Virus record (IMG/VR): IMGVR_UViG_3300036851_000176
Span: 82,626 to 146,625 of that record
Length of the DNA stretch: 64,000 nucleotides
Reading direction: 5' to 3' (one strand)
Origin: a virus
Shown piece by piece: positions 47,601 through 58,689 of the stretch (position 1 is its first letter; each line of letters opens with the position of its first letter). The notes below the pieces were generated by a model, which was given only the letters and a program-made list of their open reading frames with translations, was not told the DNA's origin and did not search any database. The position numbers were made by a program, and so were the translations under genes.

Positions 47601-48265
47601 CACGCCAGTCGCCTCTTGGCTTCTCTGAGCATCGACTCGGACTCCTCCAAAAGGACATCTCGGCTGATGGCGTGCGGAACCTTGTACGAGTCGATCAAAT
47701 AGACCAGCGCGAGTCGAAGGAGGTTCGCTGTCAACTTCAGTTGCTCGATCACCAGCCATGCCTCTTGATGTATGCGAGACGCCAGCGGAATCGTGTCCGA
47801 AAAGGGATGTCTTTCCACCCATTCCAACAGTTCCGGCACGAACAGAAGTCGTGGCAAGGACCCTCGATGCTCACAAGTATTTCCCGATCTCAGGCATGTC
47901 CTTCATGACTGATGCAAGGCCGAGTACCTTGGCCTCTTCCTTAAGCCTGCGACGACGGAAGATCCTCCAAGCCGGAGTCTGGTCCAGTTCTTGTCGAGTG
48001 AGATCGTGGGCTTTGGACAGAGGCTCGGCCTCCAGTTCTCCTGTCCTTGGGTTCACTCGCATTTTGCTCATGCGAGGCTGAACTTCCAGTGAGCCTCTGA
48101 CACATGCCCCGCGTGTCGGGCTGGCTCTCTCGAACCTTCGCAGTTCTCGTCCGAAAAGAGACCGCCGATCCTGTAGGCCCGATGAGTCCCTACTGTCCCG
48201 TCCTTGAGCAGCGGCGCTTTGTAGCCGCAGCGATGACACTGAACCTGGATTCGTGGGCCTCTCAC
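44639..48265 (-). other. Run of small hypothetical genes, including a membrane protein (44841-45200) and a ribbon-helix-helix-like protein (45197-45475)
   Basis: Coupled minus-strand ORFs; RLTIRVPAE...Y...A RHH pattern; TTGACA-17-TAGGCT promoter at 48272-48300. Confidence 0.5.
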
Positions 48266-48274
48266 GTTCTCAGC

Positions 48275-48517
48275 CTAGGAGGGTGGTGACACCCTGTCAA
48301 TCCCTCGAACGAGGTACTGTCTCCGGAGGCGATAGGCGCGTCGGGTTCGACGGCCCTTCACGCTGCGCTCCCATCGGGCGTCGTACTCCTTCTTGCAGAG
48401 AGGGCATCGGTTCAGTCCGTAATAGTGATGACGCCCGGACTTGCAGATCTTGACCTTAGGAGGCGCCACGAAGAACGGATCTGGCGCTCCCTGCTGCATA
48501 GCCTCCCACCCGCTCAT
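48275..48517 (-). CDS. Zn-finger protein with SxKG repeat
   Basis: CKSGRH...CPLC...RWERSVKGR. Confidence 0.55.
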   Translation of the reverse strand: MSGWEAMQQGAPDPFFVAPPKVKICKSGRHHYYGLNRCPLCKKEYDARWERSVKGRRTRRAYRLRRQYLVRGIDRVSPPS

Positions 48518-48930
48518 CTGATCGGATCCCTTGGTCGCTCTCTTTTCATGACCGGCTTTCGAATCATCCTCTGCTTTGCGAGAGCACGGTCTTGGGCAGT
48601 TCGTCCTTTCAATGAAGCCGAGTATCTGGCGTCCGATGCATGCCCCTTCTCGCTCTGGTTGTACCTGGCCCTGGCCGCTTTCCCTGCCTCGGTCTGGAAG
48701 TAGCGAGCTAGGTACTCCTTCATCCGATCCTGGTTGCGGTAGTAATACGCGATGCTCCGGCTGCGCTTTCTCTCCCGGCCGCGAGGGGTCCTGCACCTGA
48801 TGGCATCCCTGGTGCGCTCGCACTCAGGGCAGCGCAGGTCTCGCTTACCATCCTTCCATCCCCGGGACCGCCCTTCGGAGAGTCGCCAAGTGTGTCCTTT
48901 CGTGCATTGGCGGATCGGATCTTCGATCAC
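48514..48930 (-). CDS. Zn-finger protein with RYxxSEKG repeats
   Basis: CTKGH...CPEC...RYFQTEAGK, RYNQSEKGH, RYSASLKGR. Confidence 0.6.
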   Translation of the reverse strand: MIEDPIRQCTKGHTWRLSEGRSRGWKDGKRDLRCPECERTRDAIRCRTPRGRERKRSRSIAYYYRNQDRMKEYLARYFQTEAGKAARARYNQSEKGHASDARYSASLKGRTAQDRALAKQRMIRKPVMKRERPRDPIR

Positions 48931-49451
48931 GAGATCTGCTCGATGGCCTCGGCGGCAGAGAAGCACATCTTCATGAGGGCCTTCTCGGAGTCAGAGGCGG
49001 CAGGGTCGTTGAGACGCCAGGTGGTTGACTTGAGGTCGCGAACGAACTCTGTCAGACGGATGTTGCGCGGAGAACCGTCATGGTTTCTGATGCGCACAAT
49101 GCGATCATGGGGAGGCGTGATCCGCTGTTCCTCTGGAGGAGTGAAGGGTTCCACAGATCGCACCATAGCAGAAAAGACTGGAAAGTGTCACCACCCGGGT
49201 GTCACCACCCAAAATCCCGACCACAGATACTCCCGGCTGCCTCGCGCGCTATAGAGGGTATGGCTGGCCCTGGCGCTCTACCCGCATTCCTCCAGGACAG
49301 CTACTGCATTTCTGGCTAGTTCCAGCGTTCCGCGCATCCCGCATCCCCCATCGGAGTTAGGCCCCCCGGCCTACCCCTTATGAGTGACACTGGGGCGAGG
49401 GATCTTTGTGGTCGCCTCGCGCCTATCCATGCGGGTTTCGCCGAGCACAAT

Positions 49452-49849
49452 CCCTCATGTGGGTGATTTCTCTCCCTCGATCCAGGGATCTTCGGCCAGG
49501 AAGATCACTCGTTCGAGGGGTTAAGGTCGGCTCGGCCAAGTATACCCGAACGAGGGATTTAGGGCGCGCGCCTGCCGGACACTAGGTAAGGGTATGACAT
49601 GCTAAGGGGCATCCCTCGTCCGAGGGAGCGCTGCACTAGGGGCATGAACCCTCGATCTAGGGATTAAGTCGGTCGGCGGTGCAGTCCCTCTAAAGGGGTA
49701 GGTGTAGGGATCGCTAGTGCCTCGGGTATAGCCCGTTCGAGGGATGGGCCGTGATCGTTCGCCATCACCCGGAAGGGGGATCTTTCGTGTCGGCGGGGCC
49801 TGTACCCCTTCTGGGGGATCTTTCGGGCTTGACCCCTCGATCGAGGGAT
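49452..49849 (+). repeat. Array of about 11 degenerate 16-bp boxes (consensus CCCTCGWTCGAGGGAT) in the divergent intergenic region
   Basis: Copies at 49452, 49474, 49506, 49543, 49613, 49649, 49686, 49730, 49766, 49804, 49834. Confidence 0.7.
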
Positions 49850-49925
49850 GTGGGGTGGCAGGAAAGCGCCGAGTATACGCGCATGCGGGTATCCTCCCGC
49901 GAATCGGACGGAAAGGTAGGACGGT

Positions 49926-51585
49926 ATGACTGCATGCGAAAGAATCCGGGAAGCGCGGGAAGCGCGCGCATGGGCCGTAAGGGTTGACAGTGAAACCCTC
50001 GCAGCTGCGCTTAGCATCCCTCGCGACTGCGCGCTATGGCGCGCGGCATCGGCAGAATGGACTAGACGAGAATCGCGGGAGGCTATCTTCCGCGCGGCCG
50101 TGCGCCTAGGGTCTAGCGGCATCCCTGCGCGCGATGCGTTTACGGTTCCTGAGGGGAGGCGGTCCTAGTGTCGCGGAAAGACTACGTAGCGATAGCAGCG
50201 GCCGTTAGCGCGCAGTACGATCGGCCGAACCCTCGCCATGCGGACTACCGTAACGCGCTGGACCGCGTAACCCTCGCGCTAGCGGATACCTTCGCGAGGG
50301 ATAATCCACGGTTCGATAAATCGCGCTTCCTGCGCGCTTGCTGGTCCGCTAAGGGGGTTGCGCATAATGCCTAGGGTGACTCGCGCCAACGTCGATAGCC
50401 TCGCGTCTTTCGTATCCTCCGCGCTGAACGGCCTAGAGGTCCGCGCGCAGGGACGTAACGGTTACATCGGACTGGACCTCTACGATTCGGCCGGATGCGT
50501 CCGGACCCTAACTTGCGGCACTAAGCGCGAGGTCCTGACCTACCTAGAGGGTATGCGCGCTTCCCTCGCGATCGTAGGGAGGGACGTATAGCGTCGATTC
50601 CGGGAGCGGCCTAGGCGCGATCCTAGGCCGCTGACGGAAGCGCTGGAATCGGTCCAGCGCCGGACGAAAGGATAGGACAATGCAAGGGATTTTCGTTAAT
50701 GGGTACGCGCGGCCTAAGAGTAAGAAAGCGGTCCGCGAGGCGATCGAGTCGGACCCGTCAAGCGTAACCGCTGAGGCTACTAGCCTTTTCGGGAATGAGT
50801 ACGGCGGACCGATTAGCGGCATGGCGGACGGGTCCTCGATTCACTTTGTCGGACCGGACCCGTACACAAAGCGAAGTTTCTACGGGACCGTTACGCGGTC
50901 GGGCGATACGTTCAAGGTCCGCTAAATCCGGGAGCGGTCCTCGCATGCGCGCGAGGACCGCTGACGGATCGGTCCGCAACGGGCGGACCGCTTAGCGAAA
51001 GGTAGGACGCATGTATACCGTTTTCACCCCTGAGGGAGCGCCTAAGGTCTCGCGCCTAGGTCTCGTTCACTTTGTGCGCACACTGGCGCAGGCGCGCGCC
51101 GTGGCGGACCCTGGCGACACTGTTACCGGGTGGTCCCGGTCCGGTAGTCCGCGCGGCCGATGGGTGGTCCGCGCTAACGGCCGTATGACGAAGCTTCCGA
51201 ATCGGGAGCGGCGCGCGGTACGCTACGCGCGGAATCGGGAGCGGTCCTAATGGCGATCGATACTCAGGACCGGGAGGCATGCCGCGCGTATCTCACGGAT
51301 ACGGCCGCGCGCATGCGCGCTAACGCGGAGGACCCTTCACACTTCGCCACGGTGGACCCGCGCATAATCGCGGACCATTGCGAAAGGGTCTTGCGGACCC
51401 TTGACTGTGCGCCAGACGGGGCACGGTTTCAACTCGCGCCGATGCAAGACAAGGCAGGGGTACCGTGCGGGACCGCGTGGAATGAAAACGTCGGACCCGG
51501 GCAAGCGCTACGCGCGGCGCGCGCAAAGCGCGGTTTGCTTCCCTACGCGGAAGGTCCGATCTACGCTGACGGGAGGACCGCCTAG
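49926..51585 (+). other. Six small putative early genes (49926-50168, 50168-50374, 50367-50591, 50680-50925, 51011-51250, 51250-51585)
   Basis: Shared GAAAGGNAGGAC RBS; coupled starts; 50168-50374 has the ADTFARDNPRFDKSRFLRAC motif common in actinophages. Confidence 0.7.
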
Positions 51586-51675
51586 AGTCTCATTCCGGGA
51601 GCGGCGCGGGGTGACTCGCGCCGCTGACGGAAGGTCCCGCGATCGGCGCGGGACCTCGGACGAAAGGGTAACGGT

Positions 51676-52581
51676 ATGGATAGGTCTCGCATGGAAAGAC
51701 TGATAGCGCGGAAAGGGGTTACGCTGACGGAAGCGGAATGGTCCGACGTTTACGAAACTCCGCTGGACCGGTATCCGCTTTTCACTCCGGGGGACACTAA
51801 CCCTAAGACGGCTAAGGGTCTCAAGCTCAAGCGGCCGGTTTCCACCGCGATACTTCACTTGTCCCCCGCTGACGGGAGCGGCTTGCAAGTCTGCCCCAAA
51901 GCTACGGCCGGATGCAAAGCGGCTTGTCTGAATACGGCCGGACGCGGAGGCATGGCGCTAGACGCTGACGGCCTAAACGCAATTCAGCGCGCTAGACGCC
52001 GAAAGACCTTGCAATACTTCGCGCGGCGCGAAGAGTTTATGTCGCAACTCGCGCGGGAGATTGAGTCTCACGTTAAGCGCGCTAAGGCTAAGGGATACCT
52101 TCCGGCCGTGCGGCTTAACGGGACCTCGGATATCCCCTGGGAGCGGGTCCCGGTTACGTATAAGGGAAAGCGCTACGATTCCCTTATGCGCGCGTTTCCG
52201 CGCGTCCGGTTCTATGACTACACAAAGCGGACGGACCGAGGGGATTCGGACGGGAAACTCCCGCGTAACTATCACCTAACCTTTAGCCTTGCGGATGGTA
52301 ACGATTCGGACGCGCGCAAGATGATAAAGGCAGGGGTAAATGTTGCGGTTGTTATCCGGACCCCGAAAATCGCACACTTTAACGGAGTCTCACGTTATGC
52401 GTCTAAGGTTCCGATGCCTGCTACGTTTCGCAATCTTCCGATGATTGACGGAGATAAATCGGACGTTAGATTTACGGACCCGAAAGGCGGAGTTTATGTC
52501 GGACTCCGCGCTAAGGGTCGCGCGGTAAAGGATGCGTCCGGATTCGTCCGGGACCTTCGCGATGCATGCGAGACCGGCTAA
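51676..52581 (+). CDS. Gp88-like (radical-SAM-like CxxxCxxC) phage protein
   Basis: CPKATAGCKAACLNTAGRG, VRLNGTSDIPWE, FYDYTK, GDKSDVRF. Confidence 0.8.
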   Translation: MDRSRMERLIARKGVTLTEAEWSDVYETPLDRYPLFTPGDTNPKTAKGLKLKRPVSTAILHLSPADGSGLQVCPKATAGCKAACLNTAGRGGMALDADGLNAIQRARRRKTLQYFARREEFMSQLAREIESHVKRAKAKGYLPAVRLNGTSDIPWERVPVTYKGKRYDSLMRAFPRVRFYDYTKRTDRGDSDGKLPRNYHLTFSLADGNDSDARKMIKAGVNVAVVIRTPKIAHFNGVSRYASKVPMPATFRNLPMIDGDKSDVRFTDPKGGVYVGLRAKGRAVKDASGFVRDLRDACETG

Positions 52582-52726
52582 TGTCGCGCGCTGCTAAATC
52601 CGCGCGGGAATCCAAGGATCGTAACCCGTCCTACTATTGCCCGGTCCCCCGTTGTCTATGGCGCACCTATGACGCGCGGACCGGGACCTACAAGCCGTGC
52701 GCAAAGCATGGCGGAAACGAGGGAAA

Positions 52727-52993
52727 ATGAGCGCCGAAAGTTTCCAGCGCGCGGCCGATTCGTACTGGACCCCGGACCCGGAAGCGCTGACGGTCCCGGA
52801 CCCGGACCCGGACGCGCGGCCGTATGACGCGGCCGGATGGTATCCGGACTGGACCGGCCCGGACCCCTGCGCAAGCGGACGGCCGGACCGCTGCTACTCG
52901 TGCGGCCGTGCGGACGGCCGGACCAGGTGCGGCGGTTTACTGTGCCACGACTGCCTAGACGGTACCCCGGACGGTATTGTCCTACCGTTCTAG
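52727..52993 (+). CDS. Hypothetical Pro/Asp-rich Zn-finger protein
   Basis: CYSC...CHDC. Confidence 0.5.
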   Translation: MSAESFQRAADSYWTPDPEALTVPDPDPDARPYDAAGWYPDWTGPDPCASGRPDRCYSCGRADGRTRCGGLLCHDCLDGTPDGIVLPF

Positions 52994-53658
52994 TCCTACC
53001 GGGAGCGGCGCGCGTCCGGACCTTGCGCGCGCCGCTGACGGTATGCCTAGCGCAACCCTTCACCCGGACCCGCGCGGCCGTCTAACGGCCGCTGACGGAC
53101 GCGCGCCTATCGGACGGCCGGACGGCCGGACGCTACCGGCGCGCGGCCTAGGACGGCCTAGGATCGCGCCGGACGGACGGCCTACAGCGCGCGCCGCTGT
53201 ACGGCCGTCTAACGGCCGCTCCCGGTCCAGCGTCCTAGGGTACGGCCTAGCGCTTACGGCCGCTTACGGCCGCTTAGACGGCCGTTTAGCGGCATCCCTG
53301 CTATGCGGCCGGATACGGCCTAGGACGGACGGCCGGAAGGGTTGCCGATGGTAGGCCGCGCGGCCGGTAGGCCGATGCCAACAACCCCGAAAGGGGTACC
53401 TCGGACGGGTGACACCCGTCTGGGTCACGAACGACCGTTCGCCCCTCGATCGAGTGACACCCGATCACGCGATGCCCGCATCCCCCAGGCGGGGGAGGGC
53501 CGTGTACCCCTTCCCGAGCGCCTGAATTATTATCGCCTACGGTCCCGCGTGACCGGCCGACCGGACGGAATTAGTTGCCGACTGCTTGAAATTAAATCCA
53601 GCTGCGAATCCCTCGGACGGGGGAGACAAACATCCGACGAAAGGACGATACTGTGACC

Positions 53659-55122
53659 ATGAGCAAGTTCACTCCGACCGACGAACAGCGCGCCGTGATC
53701 GACCTCGCGGGCGAGGGCACGAACATCGCGATCCAGGCGGGCGCGGGCACGGGCAAGACCTCGACCTTGATCCTCGTCGCGGAGGCTATGCCGACCAAGA
53801 GAATTCAGTACGTCGCTTTCAACAAGGCGATTGTGACCGAGGCGGGCGGCAAGTTTCCCGACAACGTGAATTGTTCCACGGCTCACGCGCTCGCGTACCG
53901 CGCGATCGTGGCGGGCAACCGAACGCTACAGCGCCGCTTGCAGTCAAGCGAGCGCATGCCGTCTTGGGACCAGGCGAAGATCATGGGACTGCCGAAGGGC
54001 GGGACTCAGGTGGGCGACAAGCATCTGCGCGATTCGCAACTCGCGGGCATCGTGAATCGCGCCGTGACGAAGTTCTGTCAGTCGGGCGATCCCGAAATCA
54101 CTGAGCGCCACTTCCCCTACATCGATGGGATCGATGAGCCGGACGAGTTTGGGCAGCGCACCTACCGCAATAACAACGCGGCGCGCGCCTACCTGCTCCC
54201 CTTCGCGCGGCGGACGTGGGCTGACCTGACCAGCGAGAGCGGACGGCTCCCCTTCAAGCATGAGCACTACTTGAAAATGTGGCAGTTGAGCGGCCCGACG
54301 ATCCCCGCTGACGTGATCCTCTTCGATGAGGCGCAAGATGCGAACCCCGTCATGGTCGCGATCGTGGCCGCTCAGACGCACGCTCAGATCATTTGGGTAG
54401 GCGACTCGCAGCAGCAGATTTACTCCTTCACTGGCGCGATCAATGCGCTGGACAATGTGCCCCGCGATCGGCAGGCTTTCCTCACTCAGTCATTCCGTTT
54501 CGGCCCTGCTATCGCTGAGCATGCGAACACGATCCTGGACGAGTTGAACGCTGACCTGAGGTTGAAAGGCACGCCTACGATCGAGAGTACGGTCGGCATG
54601 ATCGACTCGCCTAATGCCTTCCTCACGCGCACGAACGCGGCGGCGATCATGCAAGTCCTGAGCGCGCAACAGGCAGGCACGAAGGTCCACCTTGTGGGCG
54701 ACGGCAAAGAGTTTCTAGCCTTCGCACGCGCGGCCGAAAAGCTCATGGCTGGCAAGCGCGTTGAGCATCCGGACCTCGCATGCTTCGACTCATGGGCGGC
54801 GGTCCTGGAGTATGTCCAGACGGACGAGCAGGGCGAAGAGTTGCGGCTGAACGTCAAACTCGTGACGGAGTTCGGCACGGCCGTCATCATCGCGGCGCTC
54901 AGCGGCACCGTGCGCGAGAGCGATGCTGACCTGATCGTGAGCACGGCTCACAAGTCCAAGGGTCGCGAATGGAGCAAGGTCACACTCGGCCCTGACTTCC
55001 CTCCACGCGAGAAGGCGCACGACGAAGAGAGGCGACTGCTTTACGTCGCATGCACGCGGGCGATGCACGCGCTGGACGTGACGCGCGTACCGTACTTCAA
55101 TCCGGCCGAAGGTGTCGCGTGA
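53659..55122 (+). CDS. UvrD/Rep-like superfamily 1 helicase
   Basis: AGAGTGKT, FDEAQD, VGDSQQQIYSF, SFRFG, TAHKSKGREW, LLYVACTRA. Confidence 0.9.
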   Translation: MSKFTPTDEQRAVIDLAGEGTNIAIQAGAGTGKTSTLILVAEAMPTKRIQYVAFNKAIVTEAGGKFPDNVNCSTAHALAYRAIVAGNRTLQRRLQSSERMPSWDQAKIMGLPKGGTQVGDKHLRDSQLAGIVNRAVTKFCQSGDPEITERHFPYIDGIDEPDEFGQRTYRNNNAARAYLLPFARRTWADLTSESGRLPFKHEHYLKMWQLSGPTIPADVILFDEAQDANPVMVAIVAAQTHAQIIWVGDSQQQIYSFTGAINALDNVPRDRQAFLTQSFRFGPAIAEHANTILDELNADLRLKGTPTIESTVGMIDSPNAFLTRTNAAAIMQVLSAQQAGTKVHLVGDGKEFLAFARAAEKLMAGKRVEHPDLACFDSWAAVLEYVQTDEQGEELRLNVKLVTEFGTAVIIAALSGTVRESDADLIVSTAHKSKGREWSKVTLGPDFPPREKAHDEERRLLYVACTRAMHALDVTRVPYFNPAEGVA

Positions 55123-56464
55123 CTGACGTACTCCTGAGCGCCGCTCTAAGCGCCGCTGAGGCGTTGGGACTGGACCCCCGGAGCACGAACCTAGAGCGCG
55201 TGCGCGACGGCTATGCGTTCGCCTGGGAGGGTCTGAGCGTGACCGTGACCGATCCGGGCGCGGACGTGCGCCGCATGCGCGAGCGGGGCGAGGCGCGGCG
55301 CGCGCATAACGAGAGGCTTCACAGTGGCGCGGCCTGAGATTGGGTCCGAGGCGTGGGCGCGCGCCGAGGTCGCGGCCGGGCGGATTCCGCAGGAGCGAGA
55401 CCGTTACGGAAGTTCACCCGATCGGGGGATGGTGCGCGGGCTGACTCTCGCCGATACTAAGGGCATGGAAATGATCGACACACACTCAGAGGCGGCGCGG
55501 GAGAAACTGCTGGACGCGCGGATCCATGCAACGGCTCGCCACCGACGCGGCCTACCGAAACGCGGAGAACGCCGAGGACCAGGCAGCGCGCGAGGATGAA
55601 ATCGAGCGGGAAGAGGCAGCGCGACTCGGCTGGTAAGGATCACTCGATCGGGGGATTGTCCGCGAGGGCAATCCCGCCGATGAAAGAGAAGAACGGACAG
55701 CCGGTACCGAGACACCGGAGGACGGGAGTGGCCACTAGGCGACCCGTCGTTTCGCTCGATCGAGTTACCCCGTTTGAGCGATGTAAGGGGTCGGGTAGTG
55801 GCATCTCCCACTCTCGGCGCTCTCGGTGGCCGCTTTCCGCCTTACGCTCAGATCATCGGCCGAAACGATCGCGCGCATAATCACCCGTTCGAGGGTTTCG
55901 TTGTCGTGCCCTTACGTCGATACTAAGGGCATGGACTTCCGACTCTCATGCGGACACACTCGAACGGTCATGCCTTGGACCAACTGGTTCACGGTTATCC
56001 GCGAGGATTGCATGCGTTGCCACCTAGAGGGCAAGGCTGCGGCCAGGGTCGCCGCGACCTACAACCGTGGCGCTCATGAGGCGTTCGAGTTTCATGCGCC
56101 TAGGATCATCGCCGCGCGCAACGATAGCGCTGACTCGCGCGAACGTGCGCGCGGCATGGTCGCCGCTCTGCGCCGACACCGCGCGGCGTTCGAGGCGTGG
56201 AAGATCACCCGTTCGGGTGATGCAGAAGCACGGCCAAACGCCGATACTTAGAGCATGGACGGAACACTCACACAGGAGGGCACCATGGTCTACACCTTCC
56301 GCATCGACTACGCGGACGGGACATTCTCGGTCGAGGATGTGACTCCCGAGGATGAAATGCTTGCGACCGCTTACTGGCAGGTTCGGCGCGGTCTCGTTGA
56401 GGGCGATTGGGTCTCGCTGATCGGCATGCGCGACCTTCGCCCGCAGGAAGCGCTGGCGTTCTGA
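55119..56464 (+). other. Small hypothetical genes (55119-55337, 55465-55599, 55931-56251, 56255-56464)
   Basis: Three have leaderless starts right after the repeated promoter. Confidence 0.6.
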
Positions 56465-56781
56465 TGCGGCGCGTCATGCTTCTCACACAGGAGAACAGGC
56501 GCGCGCTGCCTGCGCTGTACTCGCAGGACGGCAAGGGCATGGACGCAATTGCCCACGTCAAGATTTTTGATCCCTGCGGCCGGTTCACGTTCTACGTGAC
56601 CGAGTTTGACGGCGAGGATACGCTGTTCGGCTGGACGGTCTCGCCTCTCGGCGCTGACTGCGACGAACTAGGCTATGCCTCCCTCTCCGAGTTGGAGGCC
56701 GTCAAGGGTCGCCTGGGCATCGGTCTCGAACGGGATCGCTACTTCACTCCCGGACCTCTGAGCGCAGTCGTCGGCCAGTGA
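56464..56781 (+). CDS. DUF2958 family protein
   Basis: KIFDPCG..TFYVTE.D...LFG...ELGYASLSELE...LERDRYF. Confidence 0.8.
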   Translation: MRRVMLLTQENRRALPALYSQDGKGMDAIAHVKIFDPCGRFTFYVTEFDGEDTLFGWTVSPLGADCDELGYASLSELEAVKGRLGIGLERDRYFTPGPLSAVVGQ

Positions 56782-57823
56782 TGCACGCGGCCGGAATCTG
56801 TCCCTGTTGCGAACCGCGCGACGGATGCCCCGAGTGCGGAGGGCAGGATCTTAGCTTCAACGGTCCGGGCTACCTGGCCGACCTGAGCGATGGGCAGCCG
56901 GATACGCCGCTTGTCTGCGAAGAGTGCGGCTGGACGGGCACCGAGGATGAAACCCTCAATCGGGTGATTGTGTAGTCGGCGGTTTCCGTCGATACTCAGG
57001 GTATGAGGTCAACTACAACATACTTCGCAAAGAACGGAAACGTCTACGCGCGGACGCCTAACGGCATCGTCAAAGTAACTACGGCGATGCGCGCGAACGG
57101 ACGTGACCTGGCTCGTTTCGAGAAGGTTCTGAACATCGCACAGACTCAGACCCCTAGACGATTCCTGTCCTGGTAAGTGAAGGTCGAGACCCCCTTCGGA
57201 ACGCTTGCGGACGATACGCTCCCCTTCGAGGGCGAGCGGGTCCTAGTCGAGACTGCGCCGTGCGGCTGCAAGGCGTTCTCGGACGATACGGGCGTGCCGT
57301 GCGTGCTGCACGATCCTAACGGGCTGATGTTCCATATCGCTTTCGACCTTGGCGGCTGTCGCTTCTCCACGAAGCGCGCGACCCTCGCGCAGGCGCGCGA
57401 GTGCATCGCGAGCATGGACGCGCCGCAGGGCTATAGCAGCCACTCAGCCACGATCTACGAATGGCGCGCTCGCGCGGTTGACGGCAAGCCGTACCTGCAT
57501 ACGATCGAGCGGTACTGGTTCGGGGAGTTGGTTGACCCCTCTACGGCCGCACGCGCGCCGCTGTCGCCTCTGCTGGACTCAGACGACCCGGACTATGACC
57601 CTGACCTGTACGTGGCGCAGGTGGACGCATGAGGCAGAATCGCGCACCGTGGCAGACGATCCAAGGGCAGTCGCCCAGGGTCACGCGGCGACGGCCGGAC
57701 CGCCCAGGCAACGTCCAGGCGCGCGAGGGCTGCGACCGCTGCGAGTGCGGCTGCAAGTATTGGGAAAATGACCGCTGCATCGACTGCGGCGCACACGTCA
57801 GCATGGTCGAACTAGCGCGGTAA
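56778..57823 (+). other. Small hypothetical genes (56778-56975, 57003-57176, 57177-57632, 57629-57823)
   Basis: Coupled ORFs; two are Cys-rich. Confidence 0.55.
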
Positions 57824-57874
57824 ATCCCCCTTCTAGGGGATAGCATCGTCCGATGGGATGACGATAATGAGACT

Positions 57875-58495
57875 GTAAGCGAGATACGGAGTCAAGCGAA
57901 ACTCCCTCTGTCTCACCGGCCACCACCGAGGCCGGGGTTCAAGACTCAGTGAGAGGTCGGGTGGAAGAGAATGCCTCGATTTTGAGCGTCCGGGCATGCG
58001 CGGCTGTTGCCCCTAAGGTCACACCGCTTCAACCTACCCGGACCGCTCTCCAAGGATCGGACCACCCCGCATCGGGCAGCCGAGACTCCGCGACATACCC
58101 GCGTCGAGTCGGTTGCGGACGATCCTTAGAGAGCGGCGACACCGCTCCGACCGAACCTAATTAGTCGAGGCATGAGAGACACGCGAGCACCGTGAAGTAC
58201 CGTCGCAAGTAACCCTACGAAGCACCGCTGACGGCTAACGACCACGACTTTTCCGAGATAACGAATCCTGCCCAGGGCAAGCCATAGGTAACGCTCTGTT
58301 GCGCTATGCCTGCGCTACCCAAAGCGATTCTCCCCGAGTCAAGCGATCCCTGAATGAACGAGTGTGGAGGGCGAACGGTAAGGCGAGTGAAGCGGTAACA
58401 CGCGCGAGTCTGAGCCGAGAGGATTCCGGGAGTGCGCACGAACGGAGGATGGTAGGCGACGGCGGACGCGCGCTCGCGTGCCTCTCATGCCTCGG
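57875..58495 (+). ncRNA. Candidate large structured ncRNA (about 620 nt)
   Basis: Own promoter (57826-57868) with no ATG; long helices 58167-58190/58470-58493 and 58043-58059/58120-58136. Confidence 0.55.
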
Positions 58496-58512
58496 CCGAC
58501 GAAAGGAAATTC

Positions 58513-58689
58513 ATGCTCGAGCTTCTGGACGCACTTCGGCAGTTGAGCGACAATCGCTCAGCAGTCGATTCGGCGCTGACTTCTGCGATCTTCGCGATTG
58601 CGAAGGATCACGGCATCGGTGCAACCGAGTTGGACGGCAAGGCGAACGAACTTGCGCAGTACGGCGGCGCAGTCATCTACTACCCCTAG
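58513..58689 (+). CDS. Small hypothetical protein (58 aa)
   Basis: RBS GAAAGGA; MLELLDALRQLSDNRSAVDSALTSAIFAIAKDHGIGATELDGKANELAQYGGAVIYYP. Confidence 0.6.
   Translation: MLELLDALRQLSDNRSAVDSALTSAIFAIAKDHGIGATELDGKANELAQYGGAVIYYP

Larger units (their letters stand above)
50598..53043 (+). repeat. Four copies of an intergenic RNA stem motif CCGGGAGCGG...CCGCTGACGG (50598, 50926, 51593, 52997)
   Basis: Identical flanks, variable self-complementary cores, covarying outer pairs. Confidence 0.75.

Noticed and set aside
49452-49849. CRISPR array
   Set aside because: The repeats are only 16 bp, degenerate and irregularly spaced, and the same box recurs singly at promoters; there are no cas genes.
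50598-51667. Hammerhead interpretation of the CTGACGG...CGAAA repeats
   Set aside because: The core would be CUGACGG rather than CUGANGA, and those bases are paired in the covarying stem; GAAAGG is part of the RBS.
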